DNA of 64,000 nucleotides from Orbicella franksi (Eukaryota): NCBI GenBank assembly GCA_964199315.1, contig OZ116708.1, positions 2,914,001 to 2,978,000 of the forward strand, read 5' to 3'. Shown piece by piece: positions 11,999 to 24,838 of this stretch (position 1 is its first letter; each line of letters starts with the position of its first letter). The notes under the pieces were generated by a model. It saw only the letters and a program-made list of their open reading frames with translations, ran no database searches and was not told where the DNA came from. The position numbers and the translations under genes were made by a program.

Positions 11999-13320
11999 AT
12001 GGACGGTAAAGTTCTTCTGATTATTTGCCTAGCTCTTCTTGGGACTGCTCAGGGATATACTCTGCGCGATTTACTGCGAGAACGAGGTAGGAACTGTTTG
12101 ACCACTGTCGTTATTGTACAAACGTATTCAAATAGTTTGGCAAGGACATTCGGTGAAAAGACTGAATCGCGTTTTTTCAAATTTACTGTTGCTAAGCTGT
12201 TTAACTTAGAACTTGAAGAGTCGGAATGAGACTTAATGCGGGCAAAATCGGTCATATTTTTGCTCTGACTTTATATCACGTTTAACAAGAAATACTTTCG
12301 AGAATATATTTTTGCTATTATTACCATATAACGTACGGTTTATGGTGACAAAATGCAATCGCATTCTAGTTGTCGGGTGACCTCGACCAAAACAATTTGA
12401 GAAGAATTTGCTGATCTTGGAAACTTTTATAATTGTTTTGCAGCTCTGAAAAGGTTGAGAGAATTCGACGCGAATCAACCGTTCAACGAAGAGGAGACCA
12501 GAGGTATGTTTATATTGTTTTTTTTTTCTAACTGACATCCAATTCAAAGGAAAGATTTCCCGAAAAATGCTTATCACCTGAATAATTGTATTTTTCAGCA
12601 CTACACCGCTTAAAGGAGTACCATTTTAGACGGCTGTACGACGAAAGTAAAGGATCAAGTAAGTCGGATGTCGCACGGGTTTTTAACTTTAAATTATTTA
12701 CGAAAACGCGTGAGCGCGCACTTCAGTCTTCCCGTATACCACAAGGCGCAATCCTGCAAATTATGTTTCTGGACTATTTTAGGTTTCTTTTTGGAAATTT
12801 GCAATTTTTTTCCATTCCGTTCGCCAAAAGATACCCGGGAAGGGTGGGGGATCGGGGAGGTGTCAAATTATGGGAAGCAGTACCCCCTGGTGCTAGGGCT
12901 TTTACATGCGCGGTTTCGGGTCTTGGATAAATCCAGGCTTGGTCAATCGATAACAATCGTTATTTCTGAAGACAGAAATTATCGATAGTTAGTGATTTTT
13001 GTCAACCGATAATTTTCTTTTTGTGAGTTTTCGCGACCACCTTCATTATTATAAGCTATTCGACTGTCTGCCAAATCAGTTCAGTGATAGTCGGCCCTAT
13101 TGTTTGTTTATTTGTTTGTTTATTTGTTTGTTTGTTTTTGTCTCGCAAACTGCTTTCACCTCTTTGTTTTCTTTTTTCATAGCGTGTAAAGATAACAATC
13201 CAGATTGCGCAGGATATATTTATGAGAACGGCGGTCCTGAAGAGTACTGTAATGATCCCGAACCTTACATACAAGAGTATGTCAAGGAGCACTGCAGGAA
13301 AACTTGTAACATAGACAACT
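11999..13320 (+). CDS. Secreted ShKT-domain prepropeptide. Exons 11999-12086, 12444-12503, 13183-13320; terminal exon uncertain (candidate 17565-17623, or read-through to 13355)
   Basis: Phase-1 GT..AG junctions give MDGKVLLIICLALLGTAQG (signal peptide) YTLRDLLRERALKRLREFDANQPFNEEETR ACKDNNPDCAGYIYENGGPEEYCNDPEPYIQEYVKEHCRKTCNIDN, with an ShKT-like CxD...C...C...CRKTC pattern. Confidence 0.8.
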
Positions 13321-13531
13321 GTAAGTGGTCAATTCCTGTTATCATAAGTAATTAGATAACCATAAATGTTTTCAAGCAGTCACAGCGGCTAAAAAATAGC
13401 GATTCAGTAGAATTCAGAGATAAAAAGCAGCAAGGAAATGGCTTATCAAAAAAAAATATGAGCTTTGTGTCGAGACAGATAGAACTGCCCGTAATAATTG
13501 TGTGTCTATTACAGAGGCGCTTTACTATACT

Positions 13532-13771
13532 TTAATGGAGGTCAGTCACGGTTTGCGCATATTGAAAAGTTTAGCCTCAATTGTTCAAATTCGTCGTTTG
13601 TAATCCGTGTTAATCTTCTCCATCCTTAGCCATCCTTGTTCCTTTATGGTTTATCATTATCTCTTTGGTGTTTTTCTATCTTATTAAACTGTTATTTTCA
13701 GGTTTCCTACCATTTAAAGGTAATCTTGTATGTGGCCAAAATAACTCAAAATACCGTGCTGAGCTTTTTAA
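13532..13771. mobile_element. TTAA-flanked MITE family (copies 13532-13771, truncated 15893-16070, 32023-32264)
   Basis: Three mutually similar copies (GTCACGGTTTGCGCAT...AGCC...TTAATCTTC...CAAAATAACTCAAAAT) bounded by TTAA. Confidence 0.65.
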
Positions 13772-15748
13772 TTGATCACGTCTTTAGAAGTTGAACAAGC
13801 AGAATGTTCAATGGAAGAGAAGGGAGAAAACACCAAGATTTAAAACAACTACTTACAACCACATCCGCAGTATGGGTGGTTTACCATTTCCCCGAAAATT
13901 CCAGAGTTTTCGGTCAGAATGTAAATGATAAGACAGTTTTGGCTCGACCGACCGGAAAATTTCCGAAATAAACGGAACGTCTTGGAAAGGTAGTCCAAAA
14001 TTTCCAAAGGAAAATGCGCTCACAATTAGGTTCTAGCAAGCTCCTGTTCTAGTCGCCATCTTGGAATTATGATCACGCCAAACTCGTCCTAGTCCCTCTC
14101 AGTAAGGTTGTTAGGTGGCTTACTACAGTTTTGATGGATTATGACAGCCAAACTTCTAACTCTTTTGAAAAATGTTCCAAGATGTTTTTCCTTTCTCTAT
14201 TTACTGTTTACTTAAGTCTTTTACCATTCTATGTGAAACTTGAACAATTAAATGTCAACAAATGGCCAAAATGAACGACCGAGTACCTAAGGAGAGATTG
14301 GGCACTAGTAGGTTAAATCACGTTTTTCTCAAAATCTACCCGTGTGACCCCACCTCAAAATTTCAGAAATAAGAATTGGCTCTAATTTAACATTCATGCA
14401 AAGTAAAAAATAAATCTGTAAGACAGATTTTTCGCAATCTAAGAAAATGTTAAATAAAAAATAACTCAAAATCTGTCTTACAGATTTTTTAAAAATTTTG
14501 ACTCTAACCGTGATTCACCCCTACAAATCAACTGTGAAAATTTTATCATGGGTTGTACGGTAGGTTTTCGAACAATCCTCAATCAAAGACTGGCTTTTAC
14601 AACCTTGGACAACTACTGTGTCGTTTTTGAGAACTTCTTGCCATGTCCCTGCATTGTTATCGGTGCTGTATTGAGTTTTAAGTTCTTTTTTTTTTTTTTT
14701 TTACCCAGGCAATGGAGGATACGGCAATGAGATCAAAATACCATTTCCCCAAAAACCTGGTAGGTGGACCTTTTTTGTTTTGATTTGAACACGATTCGTT
14801 AACAACACTGAGCTTTTTCTTGATAGCTTACATGTAAGAGTTTATAAGTCAATTACAGTACAATGACATATCAAAAATAGTTATTAGCACTTCTGACCTT
14901 TTGCATGTTTTGTCAGCCATCGCTTCCAGGCTCTTGTAATTAATCGCAATCACGCTTAAGTTCCTGCAAAAACCGAGAAAAAACCAATCGCGGTTACGAA
15001 TGAGGAAGATTCGTATGGAATTAAGAAAAGAAACCATTCTTTTCAAGATGAGTCGCGGAGAATTGTTAAAATGTTTCTGACGCCCTCCCCTCCCTATAAA
15101 TCAGAGCTGCCTTGTATTTGCGCTTGTTACAAATTTGCTAGACATTTACTGCGTGCTGATGTTTTCAAAGCGTATGCGCGCGTGTTAGTAGATTTATATA
15201 TTTGCGTCACTAACTTAACCGTTTCTTTTAGATTGCGAAAACGCTTTGGAGGGCGTCTGTTTCACTCTCAAATCTCGATGCGATGAGTACTATGTTGATA
15301 AGTACTGCGCCAAGATATGTAGTCGTAAGTATTAATTTCATTTTCATTTCATTTTCATTTCTTTTTTGTTATAGTTTTTAACCTAGTCATAGATTGTAAT
15401 AATTGCATCTTTTAGTTAGGTTTTTATTCTTTTTAATCATATGCAATTGTAAGCGCATTGAGAATTCTAAATGCGCAAAAAGAACCTTACTACAGTTGGC
15501 TTCCAGGGCAGACGCCCTTTTGGCTCGTCACGCAATCTTTCCTGGGGAGGAAGGCGTGACGAGCAAAAGGAATCTAAGCTACAATTGGAGGAATAGCAGA
15601 TCTGCTCAATAGCGTCATTTGACTACAACTACCAGAATTCATTTTGTTTTCTCGTTATTATTTACATTTTGAATTCACAATGGGATTTAGATAACAATCG
15701 CCCTAATTAACATAAGAGACAGGAAAAGTGAAGGGTTTTGGTAGTTGT

Positions 15749-15850
15749 AGTCAGTGTGCGTACTGCAGCGCAAAACAGGAATCGATGGAGAGCACATGTG
15801 GAGGCCCTATGCGCCAACTTGGCGCCAGGGGACAGGTGAAGGTGAAGGAA
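15749..15850 (+). mobile_element. 3' tail of an RTE-like LINE
   Basis: Translates RTAAQNRNRWRAHVEALCANLAPGDR-stop, resembling RTE-clade ORF2 C-termini (DRxxWRxxVxALC), followed by GGTGAA repeats. Confidence 0.55.
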
Positions 15851-18800
15851 GTCAAATGATGCCATCATGCAAATCACCTAGTCACGCAGTCATTAAAGGA
15901 GTACGTCACGGTTCGCGCATCTTAAAAAAATTAGCCTAAATTTTTCAAGCTCGTCGTTTTTAATTCGCGTCAATCTTCTCTCTTTTTTCCTTTATGGTCT
16001 ATTTTTACCTCTTTGGTTTTTTCCCATCTTAGCAAACTACTATTTTCAGGTTTTCTTCAATTTAAAGGTGTTAAGTCTGTACGCGGAGGCCAAAATATCA
16101 CTGTCACGTCAACTTTAGATCGAATTCAACGTGCCTTTTCCTGCCGTTTAAACTGTACGACGTGGAATAGTTGTTCGTTACAACGTTTTTCTTTCCAGTT
16201 TACCTACTTTGTGTGATAACTTAATGTCTGGATGAAAACAGTGTTAAAGAAAATCTCACCCTGCTTAGGTTCTTTTTTTCTAAAGTAGACGATATAAAAA
16301 TTCAAAGCAATCTCGTGCTCTTCTCAATTTGTTTTCATCGCTTGAAATGATTCTGAGGTAATAAACTATTCTGAAAAAAATAGTTAACACATTTTCGCAC
16401 AATTTAGTCCAAATCTATTTGTTAAGATACAGTTACTCTGACCATGTTCTTTATCCTGAGAAGATCAATGAAGTCTCGATTTTTCTTAATCTTTTGTCCT
16501 GTTCTCCTTTTAGCTGCATGTCGCTAAAGTAACACCAAAGACACTGTCGAGGCATTGTGGGTAGGTATTTCATGACCCAAGGATTACAGAGTAGATGGAA
16601 ACTAAAATTAATTGTGCAGAACTTCATTACGTACTGTCAGGGTTGACACAAGTCAGGAAATGGACAGAAAAAAATTCTTAAAGGTCAGGGAAAATTGTTA
16701 TTTTGAAGAAAAGTCAAGGAAAATTGAAATATTAAGACATGTATGATTTAATATCATTGAAGGCTGAAAGAAACATTTGGGGTCGCTGTGATCTCAATGA
16801 TGTTTTTCCTTAATTGAAGAAAGAAAATTTGTTGAAAACGTATTTGTCTTAATGAACGAGATGAAAGGGCGGCTGTAAGTTGAGGCCAGAAGCCGCTACT
16901 AGATCTGATATTTTGTATGTTTTTTTCTTGATCAGGAAAATCTTACTCTTTTATCAGGAAAAGTCAGGGAATTTTGAAAAGTGATGCCTGTGGCAATCAT
17001 GACTGCAGCACGTTACTCTATTAAGTACCGTAATGATTCGATTAATCACCCGGGGCGCTAATTTACTTTTGACAGCTCAAGGAAGGGAGGGGGTGGGGGG
17101 GGGGGGGCGGGCTGGGGGCGCTAAATCGACTCATTATGGTAAGCAGTGTCAGATCTGCTAGGGAGAATTCGTCTTTCGCTTCTTTCGGAAGATTGCAACC
17201 TTCCGGTTCAGGCAAAACGGTGTGTAAACTGTTTCCACTCAAGCAAAACAATGTTTTAAATGAAATCTTTGAAGAAAACAAGCATTCTGCTATATAGTAA
17301 TAGAAATGTAGGCGTCGTGTGTTCGCCGCTCATTGAGTAGTCCCACTAAGTAATTTTTGGCCTAAAAATAGACAATTTTTGACCTGTGTTCTAGCGGCCA
17401 AGCTTAGACGTCGTACGTATGGCAGTCGCGTAAACTAGGGCTTGTTTCAAGCCGAACGAATACCTTTGACTAATTTTAGGCACGCGCTTTCTCCAAAGTT
17501 TCCCAATCCATCACTAAAAAATACTTTACAAGACCAATCATTCTCATTTTCTTTTTAATTTCAGATGTCAATGGAGCTGACACAAGACAAGAAAAATCTA
17601 TCGTTATTTTTATTAGTAAATAACAGCAATTTAAAAGCAGAATCTGCTAATGAAAGAAAATAGCAAACACATTGGAGTGACAAAAGTTATTGGGGTTTTT
17701 TAAAGTAGATATGTCATTGTATCGTAAACGCTAACAAGGCTTCTTATGACCTCTAAGAAGAACTACCGAAGCTCTTTTTGCGAAACACAGCATGTATCAG
17801 GGTTTTTTTAACGTTTTTATTGCCTTAATAAACCTTGTCAAGTTCTAGCCCTGTCTTTGTCACGTAACGTCGACAGAGAAGACCCTTGCGTGACAGAGAG
17901 AGGGTCAGTACAATTATTAGATATAACAAGCCTGACAGTGCGTTTTTGGCCCTGTTAATATGAAGAGTATCGTGTCTTAAATTACATAGCGTTGTTGAAT
18001 TTCTGGCCATTTATTCTGTTAAAATGTGTGGTTATATTGTAAAATGAGAAACAGTTGAAGAATGAAATAAAATCTTGCGAAATTTCTTTTAAATCGACAT
18101 CAGTTTTGTTCTTTCTCAGGGATTAATAAGAGGCAACCCGAACTTAAATGAACTCGTTTAATATAACGGCTACCTTTTTAGAAGCTCGCCATGTACTGTG
18201 TCAAAAAGTCGTAGATGGCAGAACCGGTACGTTTGACTTTTTCTCTAGAGTGACTGGATCATTTTTACGCTTCTATACTGGATATCAATTAAAACAAAAA
18301 GAGTTTTCAGCAAGCCGCAACAGCGTGAAATGTGAAAGAGGGTGAATGGATTTAAATTTGTCTGCTGAGAAGAAGCGCGTTTCAACTGAACAAATTGTTA
18401 CTGGGGATCTTAAGCAAATTATTATTTTCACAGATGTTGTTTCAAAATTTTGTCGCAAGGGAAAAAAGTGTCCGAAAATAAACGTCCGAATTTTTTTTTG
18501 CAAGTCATACACAGTAACGTTATACACAGGACAAACAAGTATGGCTAGAGATACAACATGAAAAATTCCAATTAAAACATGCAGAAAGGTCGCTTTATTG
18601 CAGCCGACAGTCGACAAGAAAATATGCCAAAATCTACACTGCACGTGCAAATCTATAGTGCTGCTCATGATGTTAAGTCTCCCTGACTTTCCTTTCCTTT
18701 TAATCTAAAGCCTGCTAATTCTAGAGAAGGTCAACGCCCTTATCAATCAACTGAACCGATTGGTCGCCCGTCGGGATTTAAATTTGTGATTGGTTAGCCA

Positions 18801-20575
18801 AGCCCCTCAGTTTCAACATAGTTCACTTAGCATCTGGATCAGAGTCGCCATTACACAGAGTTGTTTTCACCCAGTATTTGCCACTATTTATCTTCAAAAC
18901 AAGAAAAGCGACAATAAGAACTAATTTACACCTAGTCTTCAATTTTTCTGCACGGCCAGACGTATGCAACTGCAATCCAATCAACCAGAGGACTTGCTTT
19001 GTTAAACTTTTCTGGAAATTAAAATCGCTCGTCTTTTGTTTCACAGAAGTGACATTGAATGCTGACTTTTTTGGTTTTACGCCTCGTCATAGCGATAAGG
19101 AAAACGTTGGCAAGAATGAGCAACGTAAATTTATTGCTTCCTTTTTTCATGCTAATACTGGCGATTTACTGAATGTGAAATAGACCCACTGCTATAGCGA
19201 ACTTTTTACCCTCTATATAAACTGATCAACTGGATCTGATCAACTGCGCCAGTCCTGTGCAATTTTACAAGGAAAAGGTTGGTAGTTCTTGATGTATAAG
19301 GTACTAACAAAGTAGTTCTAAAACGACATAGATTGCGAAATTGGGCTAACAAAAGAAAAGGTTTTTTTCATTCAGAATGACTGCTTCAACTTCACGATAG
19401 CAGGAGTTATAAATCAGCTAAGTTTAATTAAGCCTTGGTCAGAAAAACCATATTCCTTCAGAAAACGTTGTTGTGATGGATTTGAGTGCTCGCTTTCATA
19501 TGAAGTATTTAATTTCTCTGCTTGAAACGTGCCAGTACCGCTAGCAGATTTGCGTCAAACAAGAATCAAGCCTTTAGTTTGCCATAAAGATTTACTGACT
19601 TGCTTATGCGCAGCGTAACTGGATAAAATATATAATGAATGGCCTTTTAATCCCCCCGAGATATAATCAGTATATAATCTGTATCTACCTTAATCCCTCA
19701 ATTAAAATCTCCGTTATCAAAAGCAGTACGAGAGAATATCCTACTAAACTCGATAAACCTCGTTTACGGACAAAATTTAATTCTGTAAATCTTGTTCCAT
19801 CGTGGATTGAATATTTTTTTATTAGGTCGGCCGGCATTGAGTTTGACGATTTGCTGCAAAATTTTTGCGAGAATTTTTTACGGGAGTCTTTACCTGATTT
19901 TCAACGTCCAATATTTTGCGCGGTAGAGTTATTCGAGAACATGATTTTTAAAAATTTCAGACCAGCGTTTTTAAATTCATTTTCATTTATTAAATGAATC
20001 AGTCAATTTGAAACTTCAACATCCGTCCCTCAAGGCAATCCCTCGAGGCATAAGGTGTTCGCAATATTCATTTGGTCAAAGTCCCATCCCTCGGGCTAAA
20101 AATGATGTTCAAATGCACCACCTTGGGTGGCACTGGGCGATCGAATACCCCTACCCCAGGGACATACATGGTAAAAACGAGTAATGGAAAAGAAAAGAAA
20201 CAATTCACCTTCAAACGCCCGCTTTGAAGTTCCACTGTGTTCCAGTTAAACAACTTTGAAATATAAAAGTTATTAAATTTTTACCAGCAAAACTGTTTAT
20301 GTTTACCTTCGAACACAAGCTCTCCAAGGGCCATTTTGAGAGCCACAATGTTACAATGAACGCGTAGTCTGTTCTCTCTCCTCCGCAGAGGCTCTGACAG
20401 GTTTTAGGTGGGGAGAGTCCGCTGTACGTAGTGAGTGCAGGCGTAATAAAATGGCGAGAGCGGCCGCGAGAGCCTCTGCCAGATGTCACGCCCAATATGG
20501 CCGCCATCTGGGGGAGGTAACTTTTCATCAGTATTCCTCACCGGGGTATGCCGCACCTGTTTGTCGGTCAGCAAA

Positions 20576-23500
20576 ATGGCGGCCAGATTGGAATGTCCTG
20601 TTCTGCGGTTACGCGATGTTCAAGTACAAAAAACGTATTTGGATGCGTGGAAAGCTGGAAAACTTTGTTGTCCTCATAAAGACTGTTTGTCTGAAAATAT
20701 TTTGCTATGTAGCGATGGCTTAAAGCATCACTTCAGAATTCGACATTCGCGAGACCCGCCATGTGGCGATCAAGAAATTAAAGAAGGAAAGAATATCTTA
20801 AGGAAACGTTTGGCAGATGAAACTCTGAACAACTTATTGATTCTGTCTCAAAAGAGAAGAGAACAAGTAAGGTTTCTTTGAAGTGTTGTTAAATTCATTG
20901 ATTATCGAGTACGAAATTTCCTTGCAGTGCTGCTAAACTTAAGCTTATTAGTTATATTTTTCCTCGACCAAATAAATGCTTTTCATGTGTATTTTGAAAT
21001 GTACTCGATCAAATCGCTGATATATTTCCTGTAAGAAAAATATTGCTGTAAAAAGGAGCTTTCTGTTCAGCAGTATAATCAAATTCGATAAATTTAAGCT
21101 TCAGTTGAAAGACTTTTCGTTAATAAACAACAATCCGTACCAAAATATTCTTTTAAAAGCAGCACAAAAATACCACATATAAGATATGTATTAAATTTCC
21201 TGTTTTCTTGTTTTAAATAAAGCTCAGGAATGGTTGATTCGTTGATGTGTCAGTCTTGTAAATAGCCTTTATTTGCTGGAAATCCCCTTGAAAACTTATA
21301 AATTATTCCATTTATTATTTTATTGGACAAACACCAAAAATACTTAACAGTCAAAATAACTTCAACTAAATACATACAGTTGCAGTTAATTTTCATCTTT
21401 AACGTTGCATAATTATTTATTAAACTCGCTGATCACCTGTCTTCTATAACAATCCAGAATTCAGCTCATTATGAATCATTCACCATTGAATTCAATGATG
21501 AATGTTTTGCCTTAGTGGCAACACACGAGAAAGAGGCAGCAAAGCTGTTTGGCCTTTACCTTTGGCATAAAGGAGTATTGAACTGGCTGGAGGCTGGAAA
21601 TAAACCTGTAACAGTTGCCGTGAAGAACAAGTGGTTGGAGTCAACATTTGCCTTGTGGCGAAATAAGGAAAAAATCTATGCAGAAGCCACGTTTCATAAA
21701 AAGGTAGCTAGAAAGATAAATGGGGTAATTGTCTTTGTCCCACTCCAAATTTAATTGTGGATGAAAATATGAAAGACATACCATAGAATAAAACAATGCA
21801 TTCTGTTTGTTGTTGGATGTTTTAAATTTTTATTCTTTCATTTTAACTTTTAACTAAATTAACATACACAGAGTAGAATTTTGAGACTTTCAGAATTGCA
21901 CCTAAAACATACAATTTTTACCCATAAAGACAAGATTATTTTCTGACTCCTCTGGGTGAGTGCTGTAAAATTCTATCCTAACACTAGTATTTAAAATTAA
22001 GTACTTTTAAAGGAATTAAAAAACACCATTTCACAAATTATCCTTACTGGTCTCAAACATTTTCATGAGTACTAGTTGGGAGAACCTGTATACACATCAG
22101 GACATAAGTAAATATTCATCATTGGAGATCATTTCTTTAATTCTCATTACCTATGTATTACAATTCACTGATAACAGGAGAACATTGACCAGCAAATTAA
22201 TTAAAATTAACCTCTGTTTGCCCAGATATATTCTATTCTTTTTGGCCAATTTTCTTGTTGAAATCAGCCACTGCCATGCCCCCCCCCCCTAAAAATACCT
22301 TCACCATCTTCAAAAGAACTGCTTCATGTGGCAAACATAATCTTTTGTCTGCTATTTAAATTGTAGTTTCAGGCAAGTCCACTACCTACTCCTGCACCTG
22401 AAACCCAGCCAGTTCATGCTGGAATTATGCAAGGGGTTCCAGATGCCGTGTCTAAAGAAGATGAACCTCTCCATGTCATGAAGACAGTTTTCGGATATGA
22501 TTCCTTCCGTGAGGGACAACAACAGGCCATCCAAGCCATAGTTGAGGGCAAAGACTGTGTAATATTGATGCCCACTGGGGGAGGCAAAAGCTTAATTTTT
22601 ACTATTGCTTCCATAATTAAGCAAGGTCTAACTGTCATTATTGAACCTCTAAAATTTTTAATGGAAGAGCAGGTTGCTGCTCTGAGGGAAAAAGGTGTGT
22701 CTGCCTTTTACTTTAACTCTTCACTCACAGACACAGAGATGGATTTTGTAGTTCACAGTCTTACTCGGTTTAGGTCCCAATATGTTATGCTTTTTACTAG
22801 TCCAGAATGTATTTTTAATGTAAGACTTCAAAATGTCTTATCTAACTGGAAAGGCAATAGCCAGCTGGCCTTCATTGCCATTGATGAAGCTCATTGCATC
22901 GATTCCTGGGGAGTTGGCTTCAGACCAGATTTCACAAGACTAGGAGAACTAAAAAAGTTTGGAACTGCAATGGCAGCTTTTACTGGAACAGCAACACCCC
23001 ATACTTTGCAGGTAGTTATTGACAGCTTAAAACTCCAGCAGTGTACTGTAATCAAGACATCTTTTATGAGAGAGAACCTGTTTATTGAAGTGCAAGAGAA
23101 GAAAGACAATGCAAAGAAACAAGTGGCCACAATACTACAGGAGAAATTTCAGAATAGTTGTGGAATTGTTTACTGTGCAAGGCGTCAGGATGCAATGGAC
23201 ATGGCTCAAGAACTAAAGAAACACAACATAAGTGTCACATATGTCCATGGCACCCTAAGTGATACTGACAGAAAGAAACATGAAGAACTGTGGAGCAATG
23301 GCAATGCCAAAGTTATGTGTGCAACAAAGTGCTTTGGAATGGGAATCAATAAAGAAGATGTACGATTTGTCGTTCACCTAACATTCCCAGAATGCCTTGA
23401 AGACTATTACCAGGAAATTGGAAGGGCTGGGAGAGACAGAAATCCTGCAACATGCATTGCTTTGTTCAAATTTGAAAACCGGTCTTTTCATCTGCATAAC

Positions 23501-24028
23501 ATCAGTAAAATTCAAGATGAAGGTAACAGAAATGAAAGGTACAATAAACTCAATCAATCCAGCTATTTCTTTTACAACTCTAATGTGTGTAGGCATGTGG
23601 GTCTACTATCATATTTTGGGGAAGATGATTCAATCCCTTGTGAGGAGGCATGTGATGTGTGCACAAGAGGACCTGTAGCAGAGGAAATACAAAGTGACAA
23701 GACAGAACTTGCCAAAATTGTCATCCACTGTCTGATAGAAATGCAGCCACTTGGCCATGGAAAAGTGACTGTTACTTTGCTTTCTCAAGTTTTAATGGGA
23801 TCTGCATCAGCTGAGATCTTAACTAATGGTTTGGATAAACTTACCAGTTATTGCAAGGCTAAGGAATTTTTACCAGGAAGAAATGGAAGAAAGCTGTTGG
23901 TAAAATTCATATACTGCCTTATTCTTAAAGGTTTCCTCAAAGAGAAAATTGATGGAGCATCTTCCAACATTCTCTTAACTGTTGGTGATGTAAATGGCAT
24001 ACTATCAGGATCAGACATGTTGACCTGA
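20576..24028 (+). CDS. Transposon-encoded RecQ-like SF2 DNA helicase with N-terminal C2H2-like zinc finger, 730 aa. Exons 20576-20866, 21458-21703, 22373-24028
   Basis: Phase-0 GT..AG junctions. Motifs MPTGGGKS, SPE, IAIDEAHCIDSWGVGFRPDF, AFTGTAT, GIVYC, ATKCFGMGINKEDVRFVVH, YYQEIGRAGRD; RecQ Zn module CRH...YFGE...CEEACDVC and an RQC-like tail; no HRDC evident. Exon 1 has CPHKDC...LKHHFRIRH. Confidence 0.9.
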
Positions 24029-24838
24029 ACTAAAACATAATTAGCCTCAGTAAGAGCTTAACCCTTTAAACCCCATAATCAACATACAAATTCTCCTTGA
24101 TCTCTGCACTTTTAATTTGCTGTTTCTGCAGTTATGAGAAATTTTTGTTTCAGTTTGAAGGTAAATTCTCTTTGGTGATTGACTTAATATTGATATTGCA
24201 AGGAGAAATTTGAAGTTGATCACACTAGGGCCTTAAAGGGTTAATGCAGCACAAAAAATCCTGAACTTGTATCCATGACTGTTTTAATGATCCCCCTGGG
24301 GTCATGCAAACAGTTGACAATAATTTCATGTAAATACTCGAAAGACCAAAAAAGTACATCCTGAGTGATTGACTGGGTTTGCTGTTGTCAGCTTTAAATA
24401 ACTAAGTTTTCTTTGGTCCAAGGTTATTGACTACTGGTACACAATTCTTCTTTATTTGCACCTTCCCAACAATCTGACTATCATTAGAGCACCTAGGAAT
24501 AGCTTCTACATGTAAAATGATAGAATTAACCTTCAAAAAATTTGAGGGAAACTTAAGAAATAATTATTATAAATTGTGTGACTTCCTGACTTGCAATTGG
24601 CTCTATTTATTGTGTTGTTCCAGAAAACATCCATACCCCTCCTGCAGAAGGTTTTTTATCCCCTCAAATTTGTAATGACCTTCTGTGAGGTGGGTATATG
24701 AATATTTTCTTGAACTGCACATTTTCTGTCTGTAAAAGACACTTGGCAATTAAGTACTTCATGTTACACTTTGTTAGCCTTTTAAGCAGTGGATAAATAC
24801 TTTCATAATTGTAAAACTTCACACTGCAAATTTCAAAC

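Noticed and set aside
22427-24028. Bacterial contaminant or host housekeeping RecQ gene (BLM, WRN, RECQL)
   Set aside because: It has spliceosomal introns upstream and lies inside TIRs and a TSD opposite a transposase-like gene, so it is best read as transposon cargo; no host gene symbol assigned.
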